Assembly (NCBI GenBank): GCA_963169755.1
Contig: CAUJFC010000220.1
Span: 1-48,012, forward strand
Source of the DNA: Actinomycetota bacterium
GTDB lineage: Bacteria > Actinomycetota > Acidimicrobiia > Acidimicrobiales > Iamiaceae
Direction of reading: 5' to 3'
Length of the DNA: 48,012 bases
The notes beneath the pieces were generated by a model. The model did not search any database. It worked only from the letters and a program-made list of their open reading frames with translations, and was not told the origin of the DNA. The position numbers were made by a program, and so were the translations under genes. Below, piece after piece: positions 1 through 9,661 of this stretch. The number at the start of each line of letters is the position of its first letter. Position 1 is the stretch's first letter.

Positions 1-684
1 GGTGTAATGCCACAGGTCCTGCTGGTAGACGGTGCGGTCGCTCTCGATCTCACCGTCGATCGGATCCTGACGCACCAAGTAGCCAGGGTGACCACCTCCG
101 ACCCTGGTGGTCTTCATCCGGCGGTTGGCCGCCAAGTCGGCGGGCCCCAACGACAGCCCCTGCATCCGAGGGCTGGCCGCGCAGAGTTCCTCGACAGTGG
201 CCACACCCCGGGCGGTCTCCAGAATCGCGTGGATCAGCAGCGGCCGTTCCAGCCCGGCCCGGGCTTCGAGCTGAGCGAGGAGGCGATCCACATAGTGGAT
301 GTCCTCGGGCCCCTCCACCTTGGGGATCATGATCACGTCAAGCTTGTCACCGGCCTCTGTCACCAGGGTGATCAGGTCGTCTAGAACCCACGGCGAGTCC
401 AAGCTGTTCACCCGAGTCCACAGCTGGGTGTCACCGAAGTCGTTCTCACGGGCGATCTTCACCAGTCCGTGGCGAGCAGCTTCCTTGTTCTCGGCCTTGA
501 TGGCGTCCTCGAGGTTTCCGAGAATGATGTCGACCTTGGCGGCGATATCGGGAACCTTGGCGGCCATCTTCTCGTTGCTGGGGTCGAAGAAGTGGATCAT
601 CCGCGACGGCCGGAACGGGATCTCCCGGACCGGCTCAGGAGCACCAGCGGCCAGGGGGCGGAAGAAGTCCTTGGGGTTGCGCAT
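1..684 (-). CDS. mcl: Malyl-CoA/beta-methylmalyl-CoA/citramalyl-CoA lyase (CitE/HpcH-HpaI family), 3' end beyond window
   Basis: Not in the ORF track. Manual translation from ATG at 684: [33 protein letters not shown]...GNLEDAI...[16 protein letters not shown]...[16 protein letters not shown]...ILET...[32 protein letters not shown]...YQQDLWHYT, which closely follows the Chloroflexus aurantiacus Mcl motifs as I recall them; GGAG RBS upstream; open to the window edge. Confidence 0.85.
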   Translation of the reverse strand, partial: MRNPKDFFRPLAAGAPEPVREIPFRPSRMIHFFDPSNEKMAAKVPDIAAKVDIILGNLEDAIKAENKEAARHGLVKIARENDFGDTQLWTRVNSLDSPWVLDDLITLVTEAGDKLDVIMIPKVEGPEDIHYVDRLLAQLEARAGLERPLLIHAILETARGVATVEELCAASPRMQGLSLGPADLAANRRMKTTRVGGGHPGYLVRQDPIDGEIESDRTVYQQDLWHYT

Positions 685-846
685 CACATCTCCAGAAGCG
701 GGGTGGGTTGTTGGCCACCCTAGAAAACCGGGAGGTCCCCACCCAACAAGCACTCGACAGACGAGCGGGCCACCGTCGTTGGTTGCGAGTCTCGGCCGAA
801 CCAGGTCGTGAGTGTCCCCTCAGTGCCGCTGGCTGACCATCGTGAT

Positions 847-3630
847 TCAGACCTGGTGAGGTGTCCGCTCGACGCTGAGCGAATTGGGCAGCGCGGCGTC
901 GGGTCGCTCGGGCTGATCGGAGGTAACGGCGAACTGAGTGACGGTAGGGGTTCCGTACTGTAGATACCGGACCTTGATGTTGGCCCAGGGGCCGCTCGAC
1001 GTGGTCGCGTAGACCTTCGGGTACACGCAGGTGACCGTCTGCCCCGACACCGAGCACGAGGACCCCGACGTTGCCAGCGACGGCCATGCCGAGATGATCT
1101 CCATGTCGGAGGGGAAGGTGCCGGTGAGAGTGGTGGTGGTTGCGTAGGCGGGACCACCGTTGGTGATTCGGATCGACATGGTCACCTCAGTCCCGGCTAC
1201 CACCTCACTGGGAACGGTGGCGTCGAGCCCCAGATCCACCTCCCGAGGCAAAACGGTGAAGTCGTAGGTGGTGGTCGTATCGGCAGGTTGTGGATCCGGC
1301 AGAGACGAGGAGACGGTGATGGCTGCCTGTCCATTGGTAGCTGGACCACCCGCTGTGCCACGGAGGGTGAACCGGCGATTTCCTCCGCTTCCGTGCAGCG
1401 ACCCGATCGGACACGTGACCAGGCCGACACCGACTGTGCACAAGGTTCCCGAGGTGGTTACAGCACTGGTGAGCGTCCAGTCGGCAGGGAGACTCACCGT
1501 GGCTACTGCGTCGGTGACGGCGGACGGTCCGAAGTTGAAAGCACGCCCCTCGATCTCGAACTCCTCACCCGATACGTAGGTGGTGAGCGTCTTCAAGGTG
1601 CCGTTCAGATTGGCTTGGGGCTCTGACACCGTGATCGGAAGCGCCAGCTCGTTGATGTGAGGGTCCTGGGTCGGCTCGGTGTCGGCACTGCTCACGTCGA
1701 TCTCGACCGTTCCCCCGGTCAGGGAGGGGACATTTGCTGTGACCCGTATGACCTGACTGCGACCCCGCGCCAAGGTACCGAGCGGACAACTGATCGACTG
1801 TGGTGACACGGTGCAGGTACCTCCGCCCGGCGACAGGGGAGGGACTGCCAGCGCACTGCTCGATGGGAGCGACGAGGGGAGAGATACGACCAAGGTCGCC
1901 GGGGCGCTGGTGACCGTCCCGTGATTCGTGACGGTCACCTCCAACCTCAGGGGAACGTCGAGGGTTGGGGGAACGGGCGTGACTACCGCCTCGACCCCTA
2001 GGTCGACCACCCTGGCAAGCATGGGGAAGCTGACCTCTACAACATCACTGTGGGGGTCCGGTGACTGTTGGGGCGTCTGGCTCACAACCTCCACCCGAAC
2101 TGACTGGGCCCCGTCTGTCTGGCCGACCAATGTCACCCGAAGTGGGACCGAATCATGGGCATCGAGATCGCCGATGTCACAGACCCCGGTGGACCCAATG
2201 ACCGAGCAGGGAATGTCGTCGTCGCCCCACACGACCTGCTCGAGGATCGCCCCCGAGGCATCGACAGTGGCGATCACTGCTTGGTGATCGGTCGAACCGG
2301 CGTTGTGAACAATGCCCGAAGCCGTGATCTGCTCACCGACCACGCCGTCGACCGGAGCCAACAGCGTCGGGTGAACATCAGATGTCACCGACGGATCAAC
2401 GGCCTGAAGGGCGAAGCTCCCGCCCACACCACCAGCCTCACTGCTGTAGCTGATCGATCCCCATACCGCATCGGTCGGTCCTGTCGCTCGGATCGTGATG
2501 GTGGCCGACGAGGCCCCTGGCCACACCAGCATGGAACTGCATGTACGGGCAGGCAAGGCGGTACACGACACCGGATATCCGCCAACCGACAAGGCCAGGA
2601 TCTCGAACCCGGCTGGCAGGCTCACGTTCACGTACTGCGCATACTGGAGGCCACCTACCCAGGTGACCTGAACCTGCGCCTCGGTACCTGCCTCCATCAA
2701 TCCCAGACTGTTGAAGGTCAGATATCCCAACGTGAACGGGAGAACCGTTCTGCTCACCGAATCCGGACTCGGATCAGGAGTCGGCTGAGGGTGCGGCGAA
2801 CTAGCTGAATGGTTCACCATGAAACTGGCTTCTGCGGGCTGGACGAGTGTGATGTCCATGAACCATTTCTGGTCGGGATGGGTCAGGGGATTGATCAACG
2901 CCGATCCGGTGTTGCATTCGACCTCGCCAGCAGTGATGGAGCAGCTACCGGCCGCGGCCCCATCGGCTCGGGTCAGAGTGGCCGAAGTTGCGTTGACTCC
3001 AGTAGGGAAGTCTTGGCGGACCACTACCTGCGATGCCGCCGATTGACCGCGGTTTGCCACCACGGTCCGTGACACCACCGGAGAACCCACCAGCCAGGGC
3101 TGAACCGGCGGTGCCGTCACCTCGAGATCGACCAACCCCCCGGTTCCGACGACCACCTGCTCCTCAACGCTGTTCGGGTTCAGGTCCAGCGCCGGTTCAC
3201 CACCGTCGGAAGTTGCCATGGCCAACAAGTTGTGGACAGTTCCCGTCACACCGCCAGTTACCGCGAAGGTGACCGATTGGCTAGCCCCAGCGGCGACAGT
3301 GCCCAGCGGACAGCGGATCAACATGAGCCCCAATCCAGTCGAGGATTCACAACCCGTCCGGTTCACGGCATGGGGTGTCAAGGACTCGGACGTGGCCAGC
3401 AGAGCCGCGGCCCCGTCCGCGGGGCTACTGCCATGGTTGGCAACCGTGACGGTGACCAACCGCACCTCACCGGGTGCCAGCCACCCGCCGAGGTCTGTGG
3501 CCGAGACCCCCAGATCCCGACCATCGGCCTGACAGGCACTCAGAATCGCGGCGAGCACTCCGGCTAGGGCGGTGACAAGTAGCACTCGAATCGGGCCAAC
3601 GGATCTGCTCATCGCCCGTGAACTTGTCAT
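847..3630 (-). CDS. Large DUF11 (Ig-like) repeat surface lipoprotein
   Basis: ATG at 3630 preceded by GAGAGG; hydrophobic signal ending LSAC (lipobox); ~6-7 repeats of DL.v......(T/V)V.N.G...C....(v).C.lG.L with PDP..N/D ends. Confidence 0.8.
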   Translation of the reverse strand: MTSSRAMSRSVGPIRVLLVTALAGVLAAILSACQADGRDLGVSATDLGGWLAPGEVRLVTVTVANHGSSPADGAAALLATSESLTPHAVNRTGCESSTGLGLMLIRCPLGTVAAGASQSVTFAVTGGVTGTVHNLLAMATSDGGEPALDLNPNSVEEQVVVGTGGLVDLEVTAPPVQPWLVGSPVVSRTVVANRGQSAASQVVVRQDFPTGVNATSATLTRADGAAAGSCSITAGEVECNTGSALINPLTHPDQKWFMDITLVQPAEASFMVNHSASSPHPQPTPDPSPDSVSRTVLPFTLGYLTFNSLGLMEAGTEAQVQVTWVGGLQYAQYVNVSLPAGFEILALSVGGYPVSCTALPARTCSSMLVWPGASSATITIRATGPTDAVWGSISYSSEAGGVGGSFALQAVDPSVTSDVHPTLLAPVDGVVGEQITASGIVHNAGSTDHQAVIATVDASGAILEQVVWGDDDIPCSVIGSTGVCDIGDLDAHDSVPLRVTLVGQTDGAQSVRVEVVSQTPQQSPDPHSDVVEVSFPMLARVVDLGVEAVVTPVPPTLDVPLRLEVTVTNHGTVTSAPATLVVSLPSSLPSSSALAVPPLSPGGGTCTVSPQSISCPLGTLARGRSQVIRVTANVPSLTGGTVEIDVSSADTEPTQDPHINELALPITVSEPQANLNGTLKTLTTYVSGEEFEIEGRAFNFGPSAVTDAVATVSLPADWTLTSAVTTSGTLCTVGVGLVTCPIGSLHGSGGNRRFTLRGTAGGPATNGQAAITVSSSLPDPQPADTTTTYDFTVLPREVDLGLDATVPSEVVAGTEVTMSIRITNGGPAYATTTTLTGTFPSDMEIISAWPSLATSGSSCSVSGQTVTCVYPKVYATTSSGPWANIKVRYLQYGTPTVTQFAVTSDQPERPDAALPNSLSVERTPHQV

Positions 3631-3728
3631 GGTTACCGCCTCTCGTGGTCGATGGAGAGGTGATGGCTGGTTCTTCGTTTGGGTCTCGTCGGACCACAAC
3701 GTACCAAACGAGAGCGCCGAGCAGGCCC

Positions 3729-3746
3729 CTTGACCGAACGGTCAAG
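3729..3746. promoter_or_regulatory. Perfect inverted repeat CTTGACCG-AA-CGGTCAAG, likely repressor operator overlapping the -35 (TTGACC) of the ACAD promoter
   Basis: 8-bp perfect arms in a divergent intergenic region; TAGAGT -10-like hexamer at 3755-3760. Confidence 0.6.
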
Positions 3747-3807
3747 AGTTCGTCTAGAGTCCGGCCCGACGCCGGCAGGGGATGCCGGCCCCACCCGGAG
3801 GTGTGTC

Positions 3808-5049
3808 GTGTTCCAGTGGAGCGAAGAGCAGGAGATGGTTCGCGGCGCAGTCCGCCAGTTCATCGACAAGGAGATCCGCCCCAGGATCGATGAGTTCGAG
3901 CACGGCGACACCCCTCCTTATGAGGTACTGCGCAAGCTGCTCCGCGAGTTCGGCATGGATGTCATGGCACGGGACCGCTTCGCCAAGCAGATCGAGTTCG
4001 AGAAAGAGGTGGCCGCCGCCACCGAGCGTGGAGAGGCCCCACCCGAGAAGCCGAAGAAGGACGGAGACGGGGGAGCATCGTCCCTCCAACTGATCCCCAT
4101 CATCGAACTGTGCAAGGTCTGCCCCGGGATGGTCACGGCCATGGGGGTGTCGATGGGTCTCACCTCGGCGGCCATCAACTCCAAAGGCACCATTGCGCAG
4201 AAGGAGCGTTGGGTCGGTGACCTCCTGACTCTCGACAAGATCGGCGCGTGGGCGATCACCGAGCCCAACTCGGGCTCCGACGCGTTCGGCTCCATGAAGT
4301 CCACCGCCCGCCGCGACGGCGACGAGTACGTACTCAATGGCTCCAAGACCTTCATCACCAACGGGCCTTACGCCGACACGATCGTCTTCATCTGCAAATT
4401 CGACGAAGGTAATGACCCCGCCGAGCGCAAGATCCTCTCCTTCGTGCTCGACTCGGGAATGCCCGGTCTCGAACAGTCCAAGCCCCTTCGCAAGATGGGC
4501 ATGCACTCCTCACCCACGGGTGAACTCTTCCTCGACGACGTTCGGGTGGGTATCGACCGCCTGATCGGCGAGACCGAGAACCCACCTTCAGGGGGACGCG
4601 AAGGCGCCAAGGCCACCTTCATGCAGGAGCGCTCCGGCGTTGCCGCCATGGCACTGGGAATGATCGAAGAGTGCCTGGCAATCTCGGTCGAGTACGCCAA
4701 GAACCGGGTCCAGTTCGGGCACCCCATCGGTGACTTCCAGCTCATCCAGGACAAGCTGGCCCGCATGGAGGTTGCCCGCCTCAATGTAGAGAACCTGGTG
4801 TTCCGTACCATCGAGATGTCGGCCGCCGGCCGCTCCATGACACTGGCCGAAGCCTCGGCCATGAAGTTGTACTCCGCCCGGGCCGCCACCGAGGTGGCCC
4901 TGGAGGCTGTCCAGATTCTGGGCGGCAATGGCTACATGGCCGAGTTCCGGGTGGAGCAGCTCGCACGTGACGCCAAGGTGCTCCAGATCTACGCCGGCAC
5001 CGATGAGATCCAGATCACCCACATCGCCAAGGATCTGCTCCGCCGCTGA
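3808..5049 (+). CDS. Acyl-CoA dehydrogenase
   Basis: AWAITEPNSGSDA, LNGSKTFITNG, GGNGY, QIYAGTDEIQ motifs; GTG at 3808 after GGAGG. Confidence 0.92.
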   Translation: MFQWSEEQEMVRGAVRQFIDKEIRPRIDEFEHGDTPPYEVLRKLLREFGMDVMARDRFAKQIEFEKEVAAATERGEAPPEKPKKDGDGGASSLQLIPIIELCKVCPGMVTAMGVSMGLTSAAINSKGTIAQKERWVGDLLTLDKIGAWAITEPNSGSDAFGSMKSTARRDGDEYVLNGSKTFITNGPYADTIVFICKFDEGNDPAERKILSFVLDSGMPGLEQSKPLRKMGMHSSPTGELFLDDVRVGIDRLIGETENPPSGGREGAKATFMQERSGVAAMALGMIEECLAISVEYAKNRVQFGHPIGDFQLIQDKLARMEVARLNVENLVFRTIEMSAAGRSMTLAEASAMKLYSARAATEVALEAVQILGGNGYMAEFRVEQLARDAKVLQIYAGTDEIQITHIAKDLLRR

Positions 5050-5091
5050 GGTGGTGCGGCCGCACTGGTCCCACTCGGCCACAGCGCACCA

Positions 5092-5118
5092 TGAGCGGGA
5101 GGAGCCGCCTCCCGCTCA
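5092..5118. terminator. Hairpin between convergent ACAD genes (probable bidirectional terminator)
   Basis: TGAGCGGGAGG-AGCCG-CCTCCCGCTCA, perfect 11-bp stem overlapping the stop of the minus-strand gene; no U-tract. Confidence 0.55.
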
Positions 5119-6264
5119 CACTCCCAACGAGCGCCCGATGATCTCTTTCATGATCTCGGTCGTACCGCCGTAAATGGTCGAAATCCGGACGTCGGCGTAC
5201 GCCCGAGCGATCGGATACTCGAGCATGTACCCGTACCCGCCGTGGAGCTGAACACAGGTGTCCACCACCCGTTTGTGTAACTCGGTTGACCACCACTTGG
5301 CTTCAGCCGCCTCCTCGGCGGACAGCTCACCGGCGTTCAGAGACTCCACGCAGCGGTCGAGGAACACCCAAGCGATGTCGATCTCGGTACGCATCTCGGC
5401 CAGCTTGAACCTGCTGTTCTGGAACGAGCCGATCGGCTGACCGAAAGCCGTCCGTTCCCGGCAGTAGTCCAGGGTCCATCCCAGGGCGGCCTCGGCACCC
5501 GCGACCGCTGACACCGCGATCGACAGGCGCTCCTGGGGGAGATTGCGCACCAGATGTACGAATCCCTGGCCTTCTGATCCCAGCAGGTTGTCGACCGGAA
5601 CCCTCACATCGGTGAAGAACAGTTCGGCGGTGTCCTGGCTGTGCAGCCCGACTTTCTCGAGATTGCGGCCCCGTTCGAATCCCTCCATGCCTCGCTCGAT
5701 CACCACCAGACTCATGCCCTTGTGCTTTTGAGTCGGATCGGTCTTGACGGCGGTGATCACTAGATCGGCGTTGATCCCGTTGGTGATGAACGTCTTGGAT
5801 CCGTTGACCACATAGGTGTCGCCGTCACGCACCGCACTGGTCGACATCGATGCCAGGTCAGAGCCGATACCTGGCTCGGTCATAGCGACAGCGGTGATCA
5901 GCTCTCCAGAGCAGATTCCCGGCAGCCATCGCTGCTTCTGCTCTTCAGTGGTGAGCGACAGGAAGTAGGGAAGGCACACGTCGTTGTGAAGGGTTATGCC
6001 CAGACCCGCACCTCCGGCGCCCGCGGCCTGGACCTCTTCACCGATGATCTGGTTGTAGCGGAAGTCCTCGACCCCACCACCTCCGTACGCTTCGGGGACG
6101 TCCATTCCAAGGAATCCGGCCGATCCGGCAGCGGTGAACAGGTCGCGGGGGACGATTCCCTCTCGCTCCCAGGTCTCCACATTCGGCGTGATCTCGCGGG
6201 ACACGAACTGACGGACAGCCTCGCGAAACATGTCGTGTTCTTCATTGAAGATGGTGCGGCGCAT
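5116..6264 (-). CDS. Acyl-CoA dehydrogenase (long-chain-like)
   Basis: MRRTIFNEEH start; AMTEPGIGSDL, NGSKTFITNG, LPQERL, HGGYGYMLEYPIARAY, IYGGTTEIMK. The longer ORF-track start runs through the riboswitch and is unlikely. Confidence 0.92.
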   Translation of the reverse strand: MRRTIFNEEHDMFREAVRQFVSREITPNVETWEREGIVPRDLFTAAGSAGFLGMDVPEAYGGGGVEDFRYNQIIGEEVQAAGAGGAGLGITLHNDVCLPYFLSLTTEEQKQRWLPGICSGELITAVAMTEPGIGSDLASMSTSAVRDGDTYVVNGSKTFITNGINADLVITAVKTDPTQKHKGMSLVVIERGMEGFERGRNLEKVGLHSQDTAELFFTDVRVPVDNLLGSEGQGFVHLVRNLPQERLSIAVSAVAGAEAALGWTLDYCRERTAFGQPIGSFQNSRFKLAEMRTEIDIAWVFLDRCVESLNAGELSAEEAAEAKWWSTELHKRVVDTCVQLHGGYGYMLEYPIARAYADVRISTIYGGTTEIMKEIIGRSLGV

Positions 6265-6382
6265 GGCTGCAATATTGGCGCGGTTGCTGTGGATCAACCG
6301 TCCCAGCGGCACTGGGCGAGGGCGCGGTCCTCCCGATGCCCTTCGCCTGTCGACCAGCTCCCGTGCCCCGCTAGAGTGGCCA

Positions 6383-6496
6383 GCATTCAACACGCCGGGG
6401 AGCTCGTGGAATCGGGCTGAGAGGGTGTCAATCCACCAGCCGGTGGCCGACACCGACCCGTGAACCTGACCTGGGTAATTCCAGCGGAGGGATGCG
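6383..6496 (+). ncRNA. TPP (thiamine pyrophosphate) riboswitch
   Basis: GGGGAGC...GGGCTGAGAGG...GACCCGTGAACCTGACCTGGGTAATTCCAGCGGAGGGA hallmark motifs; -10 TAGAGT at 6372-6377; directly upstream of thiamine genes. Confidence 0.93.
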
Positions 6497-7246
6497 ATGC
6501 CCGGGAATGCTCCCGCCACACCCAAACGAGTAGTTGTTTTCATCGGGGGCGCCCCTGGTGAGCACTTGGTGCCATCGGTTCTCGACGAAGAACAGACCCG
6601 GTCCGGCGATTTGGTGATCGCCGCCGACTCGGGCCTCGATCGGGCCATGTCGAGGCGGGTCACCGTTCACCACGTGGTCGGTGACCTGGACTCGGTATCG
6701 CCCGAAGCCCTCGAGCTGGCCCGGTTGGACGGAGCAACCATTCATTCCCATCAGCCCGACAAGGATGCGACCGATCTGGAGTTGGCACTCGAGTTGGCCA
6801 CCAGCCTGTTGCCCCCAGCGGCCGACACACCTACGCCCATCCACGTGATCGGCGGGGGCGGTGACCGTCTCGATCATCTCCTCGGTGTCATTCTTCTGTT
6901 GGGATCGCCGCGTCTGTCCACTCATCTGGTGACCGCCGCCCTGGGACAGGCTCGGGTTGCCATCGTGAACCCCTGCTCGCCTCAGCTCATCCCCGCGCCC
7001 CCTGGTGATCTGGTTTCACTCATTCCCCTTCACGGAGCGGCGAGCGGAGTGACCACAACCGGCCTTCGCTGGCCGCTGCTCGACGCCCGACTCACTCCAG
7101 GGACCACCCGCGGTCTGAGTAACGAGGTGCAGGTTGCACCGGCCCATGTCGAGCTGCAGTCAGGAACCCTGGCAGTGGTTTGTCCCGGCTTGGCGGCTCC
7201 GGTCGTTGCAATCCGCTCGGGACCCTACGACCCGTCGCCCGCCTGA
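6497..7246 (+). CDS. thiN: Thiamine diphosphokinase (TPK)
   Basis: IAADSG, VGDLDS, DKDATDLELAL, GDRLDH, TTGLRWPL, GLSNE motifs. Confidence 0.9.
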   Translation: MPGNAPATPKRVVVFIGGAPGEHLVPSVLDEEQTRSGDLVIAADSGLDRAMSRRVTVHHVVGDLDSVSPEALELARLDGATIHSHQPDKDATDLELALELATSLLPPAADTPTPIHVIGGGGDRLDHLLGVILLLGSPRLSTHLVTAALGQARVAIVNPCSPQLIPAPPGDLVSLIPLHGAASGVTTTGLRWPLLDARLTPGTTRGLSNEVQVAPAHVELQSGTLAVVCPGLAAPVVAIRSGPYDPSPA

Positions 7247-7299
7247 GCGGCTCTCGCCTGTTCCCACATGTACACCCATCCGAGAACCCCACGGAGACA

Positions 7300-7596
7300 A
7301 TGGTGATCGCAGAGATTCAAGTACTTCCCCGGCCTTCGGGAACCGCCGAGGTCACCTACGCCCATGTGCACGCCGCCATCGAAGCCATCATGGCGGCCGA
7401 CCTGCACTACGAGGTAGGTGCTCTCGGCACGACCATCGAGGGTCCTCCTGACGCGGTCTGGGCCGCGCTGAGGGCGGCCCACGAGGCGACGCTGAAGTCC
7501 GGCGCCGAGTTCGTGGTAAGCGTGGTGAAACTCGCTCAGGCGACCGAGGACCGTGGACCCTCGATGGCCGACCTGACTGACCGGTACCGGGACTGA
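7300..7596 (+). CDS. Thiamine-binding protein (YkoF/DUF77/TM0486 family)
   Basis: ~98 aa, AEIQVLP...HYEVGALGTTIEG pattern; GGAG RBS; TPP-riboswitch operon context. Confidence 0.8.
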   Translation: MVIAEIQVLPRPSGTAEVTYAHVHAAIEAIMAADLHYEVGALGTTIEGPPDAVWAALRAAHEATLKSGAEFVVSVVKLAQATEDRGPSMADLTDRYRD

Positions 7597-7599
7597 CCG

Positions 7600-8493
7600 G
7601 TGCGTCACCCCCGACTCGGTCGAGCCGCCTCGTCGAAGTCCACCTACGCCGTGGTCCTCCCGATTGCCGTATGGACACTTCTTCTCGTGCTATGGCAGCT
7701 GTGGGTCGTCGTCCGCGACGTCCCCGCCTATCTCCTGCCGTCGCCCGGACGGATCGCCCGAACCGCCTGGCAGATGGGACCAAGGCTCCCCGGACACATC
7801 ACGGCGACCATGACCGAAGCGCTGGCCGGCCTAGTGACCGGCGCGGCTGTGGGAGTGATCCTGGCGCTGTCGATGGTGCGATTCGCTGCCGTCCGACGAG
7901 TTCTCTACCCGCTGGTGGCCATCAGTCAGACCATCCCGATGATTGTCATGGCTCCTCTGCTGGTGATCTGGTTCGGATTCGGCCTGACCCCGAAGGTGGT
8001 GCTGGTCGCCCTGATCGTGATGTTCCCGGTGCTGGTGGCCACCACCGACGGCCTCGACGGAGTGGACTCTGACCTGACCGACCTGATCTATTCCATGGGC
8101 GGCTCGACGCGACAGGTACTTCGACTGGCCCAGCTTCCAGGGGCCGTCCCCTCATTCTTCTCCGGGCTGAGAATCGGGGCCACCTACGCGGTGGGCGGGG
8201 CGGTGGTGGCCGAGTACCTCGGCGGCTCGGTAGGTGCTCTCGGGCTGGGGCGCCTCATCCAGCGCGCCCAAGCCTCTTTCGACGTGGACGTGATCTTCGT
8301 CGCGGTTTCGGTGGTCGGCGTACTCACAGCCCTCCTGTTCGGCCTGATCAGCTCGATGGAACTCCTCGCCACTCCCTGGCAGGAGCCCACTCGATCGCGC
8401 CGGCGCCTCAGGATTCGGCCGATGTCGAGTCTGGGTGCTCGGCCGCCCTTTCCAGCCATACAACACCACAAGGATCCATCGAATGCTGCCTGA
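7600..8493 (+). CDS. ABC transporter permease (ThiX/SsuC-like)
   Basis: LLPSP, multiple TM helices, EAA-loop-like SMGGSTRQVLRLAQLPGA, AVVAEY. Confidence 0.88.
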   Translation: MRHPRLGRAASSKSTYAVVLPIAVWTLLLVLWQLWVVVRDVPAYLLPSPGRIARTAWQMGPRLPGHITATMTEALAGLVTGAAVGVILALSMVRFAAVRRVLYPLVAISQTIPMIVMAPLLVIWFGFGLTPKVVLVALIVMFPVLVATTDGLDGVDSDLTDLIYSMGGSTRQVLRLAQLPGAVPSFFSGLRIGATYAVGGAVVAEYLGGSVGALGLGRLIQRAQASFDVDVIFVAVSVVGVLTALLFGLISSMELLATPWQEPTRSRRRLRIRPMSSLGARPPFPAIQHHKDPSNAA

Positions 8494-9661
8494 CCGTTCC
8501 CGAGGAATCGGTGTCGACCACGTTGGGGCCACACCAATCGCCGAGCCCGAGGCCACAGCGGAGGTGAGCGGCGACCATGAGCTCGCCGTTGCTACCCGAC
8601 ACGGGGGTGGGGGCGGGCGCCATCGGCATCTGTCTGGTCGGTGCACCTATCGGCGCACCTCCTTGGCACTGGTCGTTCTATGCACTCTGGCCGTCACCAT
8701 TGGCTGCAGTTCCGCTAACCCCGACTCGTCCTCGGGAACTGGGGGATCGAACCTGACCACGATCACCGTCGCTCTCGAGTGGACTCCGAACACCAACCAT
8801 TCCGGGCTGTTCCTGGCGCGCGACAACGGTTGGTACCGAGAAGCGGGCTTGAACGTCAGGATCGTCGAGCCGGGAGACTCCTCCAGCCTTCAGCTCCTTG
8901 CCGCCGGGCGGGCCGACGTGGCGGTATCGGTCGCCGAGGAACTGGTCCCGGCCCGAGCCGAGGGACTGCCGGTTCGGTCAGTGGCAGCGATCATCGAACA
9001 CAACACATCCAGTCTGGTTTCGCTGAAGGACGCTGGCATCGAACGCCCCCGTGACCTGGAGGGGCGCACCTATGGCGGCTGGGGTGGACAGCTCGAGGAG
9101 GCGATCCTCCACAGGCTGATCGAATGCGACGGAGGAGACCCGACCAAACTCCGTTTCGTGGACGTGGGAGAGGCTGACTACCGCATCGGCCTGGAACGTG
9201 GCCAGTACGACGTGGTGTGGGTCTACGACGCCTGGGACGGCATCCGCCTGCAGCAAATCGACAAGATCGAGATGAATCAGATCTCGTTCTCCGATCATCT
9301 CGACTGCATTCCAGACTGGTACACACCACTGCTCGCAAGCTCCGACGAGATGACGTCAAAGAGGTCCTCCGATCTTCGGACCTTCCTGAAGGTCACCAGG
9401 CGCGGTTACCAGGCGGCGATGGATGATCCCTCAGCTGCCGCCGAGGCAGTGATGAAGGCTGCTCCTGATCTGAATCGCGGGTTGGTCGAGGCCAGCGCCG
9501 CGTACCTGTCGACCCGCTACTCCGAGTCACCGTCTGCCTGGGGACTCCAGTCCGAAGACACGTGGGACAACTTCTCGACCTTCCTGGTCGACGCCGGGCT
9601 GGTCGAGGGCGAGTTCGACCCGGCCACCGCCTGGACCAATGAGTTCCTACCCGAACCCTGA
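8483..9661 (+). CDS. ABC substrate-binding lipoprotein, NMT1/THI5 (ThiY-like)
   Basis: LEWTPNTNHSGLFLA...GWYREAGL, DLEGRTYGGWG, PDWYTP; lipobox-like TIGC; start position uncertain. Confidence 0.85.
   Translation: MLPDRSRGIGVDHVGATPIAEPEATAEVSGDHELAVATRHGGGGGRHRHLSGRCTYRRTSLALVVLCTLAVTIGCSSANPDSSSGTGGSNLTTITVALEWTPNTNHSGLFLARDNGWYREAGLNVRIVEPGDSSSLQLLAAGRADVAVSVAEELVPARAEGLPVRSVAAIIEHNTSSLVSLKDAGIERPRDLEGRTYGGWGGQLEEAILHRLIECDGGDPTKLRFVDVGEADYRIGLERGQYDVVWVYDAWDGIRLQQIDKIEMNQISFSDHLDCIPDWYTPLLASSDEMTSKRSSDLRTFLKVTRRGYQAAMDDPSAAAEAVMKAAPDLNRGLVEASAAYLSTRYSESPSAWGLQSEDTWDNFSTFLVDAGLVEGEFDPATAWTNEFLPEP

Noticed and set aside
700-749. GGGGTGGGTTGTT (700-712) and its unreversed complement CCCCACCCAACAA (737-749)
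   Set aside because: Low complexity, cannot form a normal antiparallel stem over its length, single instance; probably chance.
7-811. Plus-strand ORFs 7-384, 299-811 and 469-723
   Set aside because: Antisense shadows of the minus-strand mcl gene; no recognisable motifs.
6265-6663. 133-aa N-terminal extension of the second ACAD in the ORF track
   Set aside because: Runs antisense through the TPP riboswitch and thiN; family similarity starts at MRRTIF (6264).
8483-8650. Gly/His-rich N-terminal extension (HGGGGGRHRH) on the ThiY-like protein
   Set aside because: The start codon is uncertain, so the extension may not be translated.
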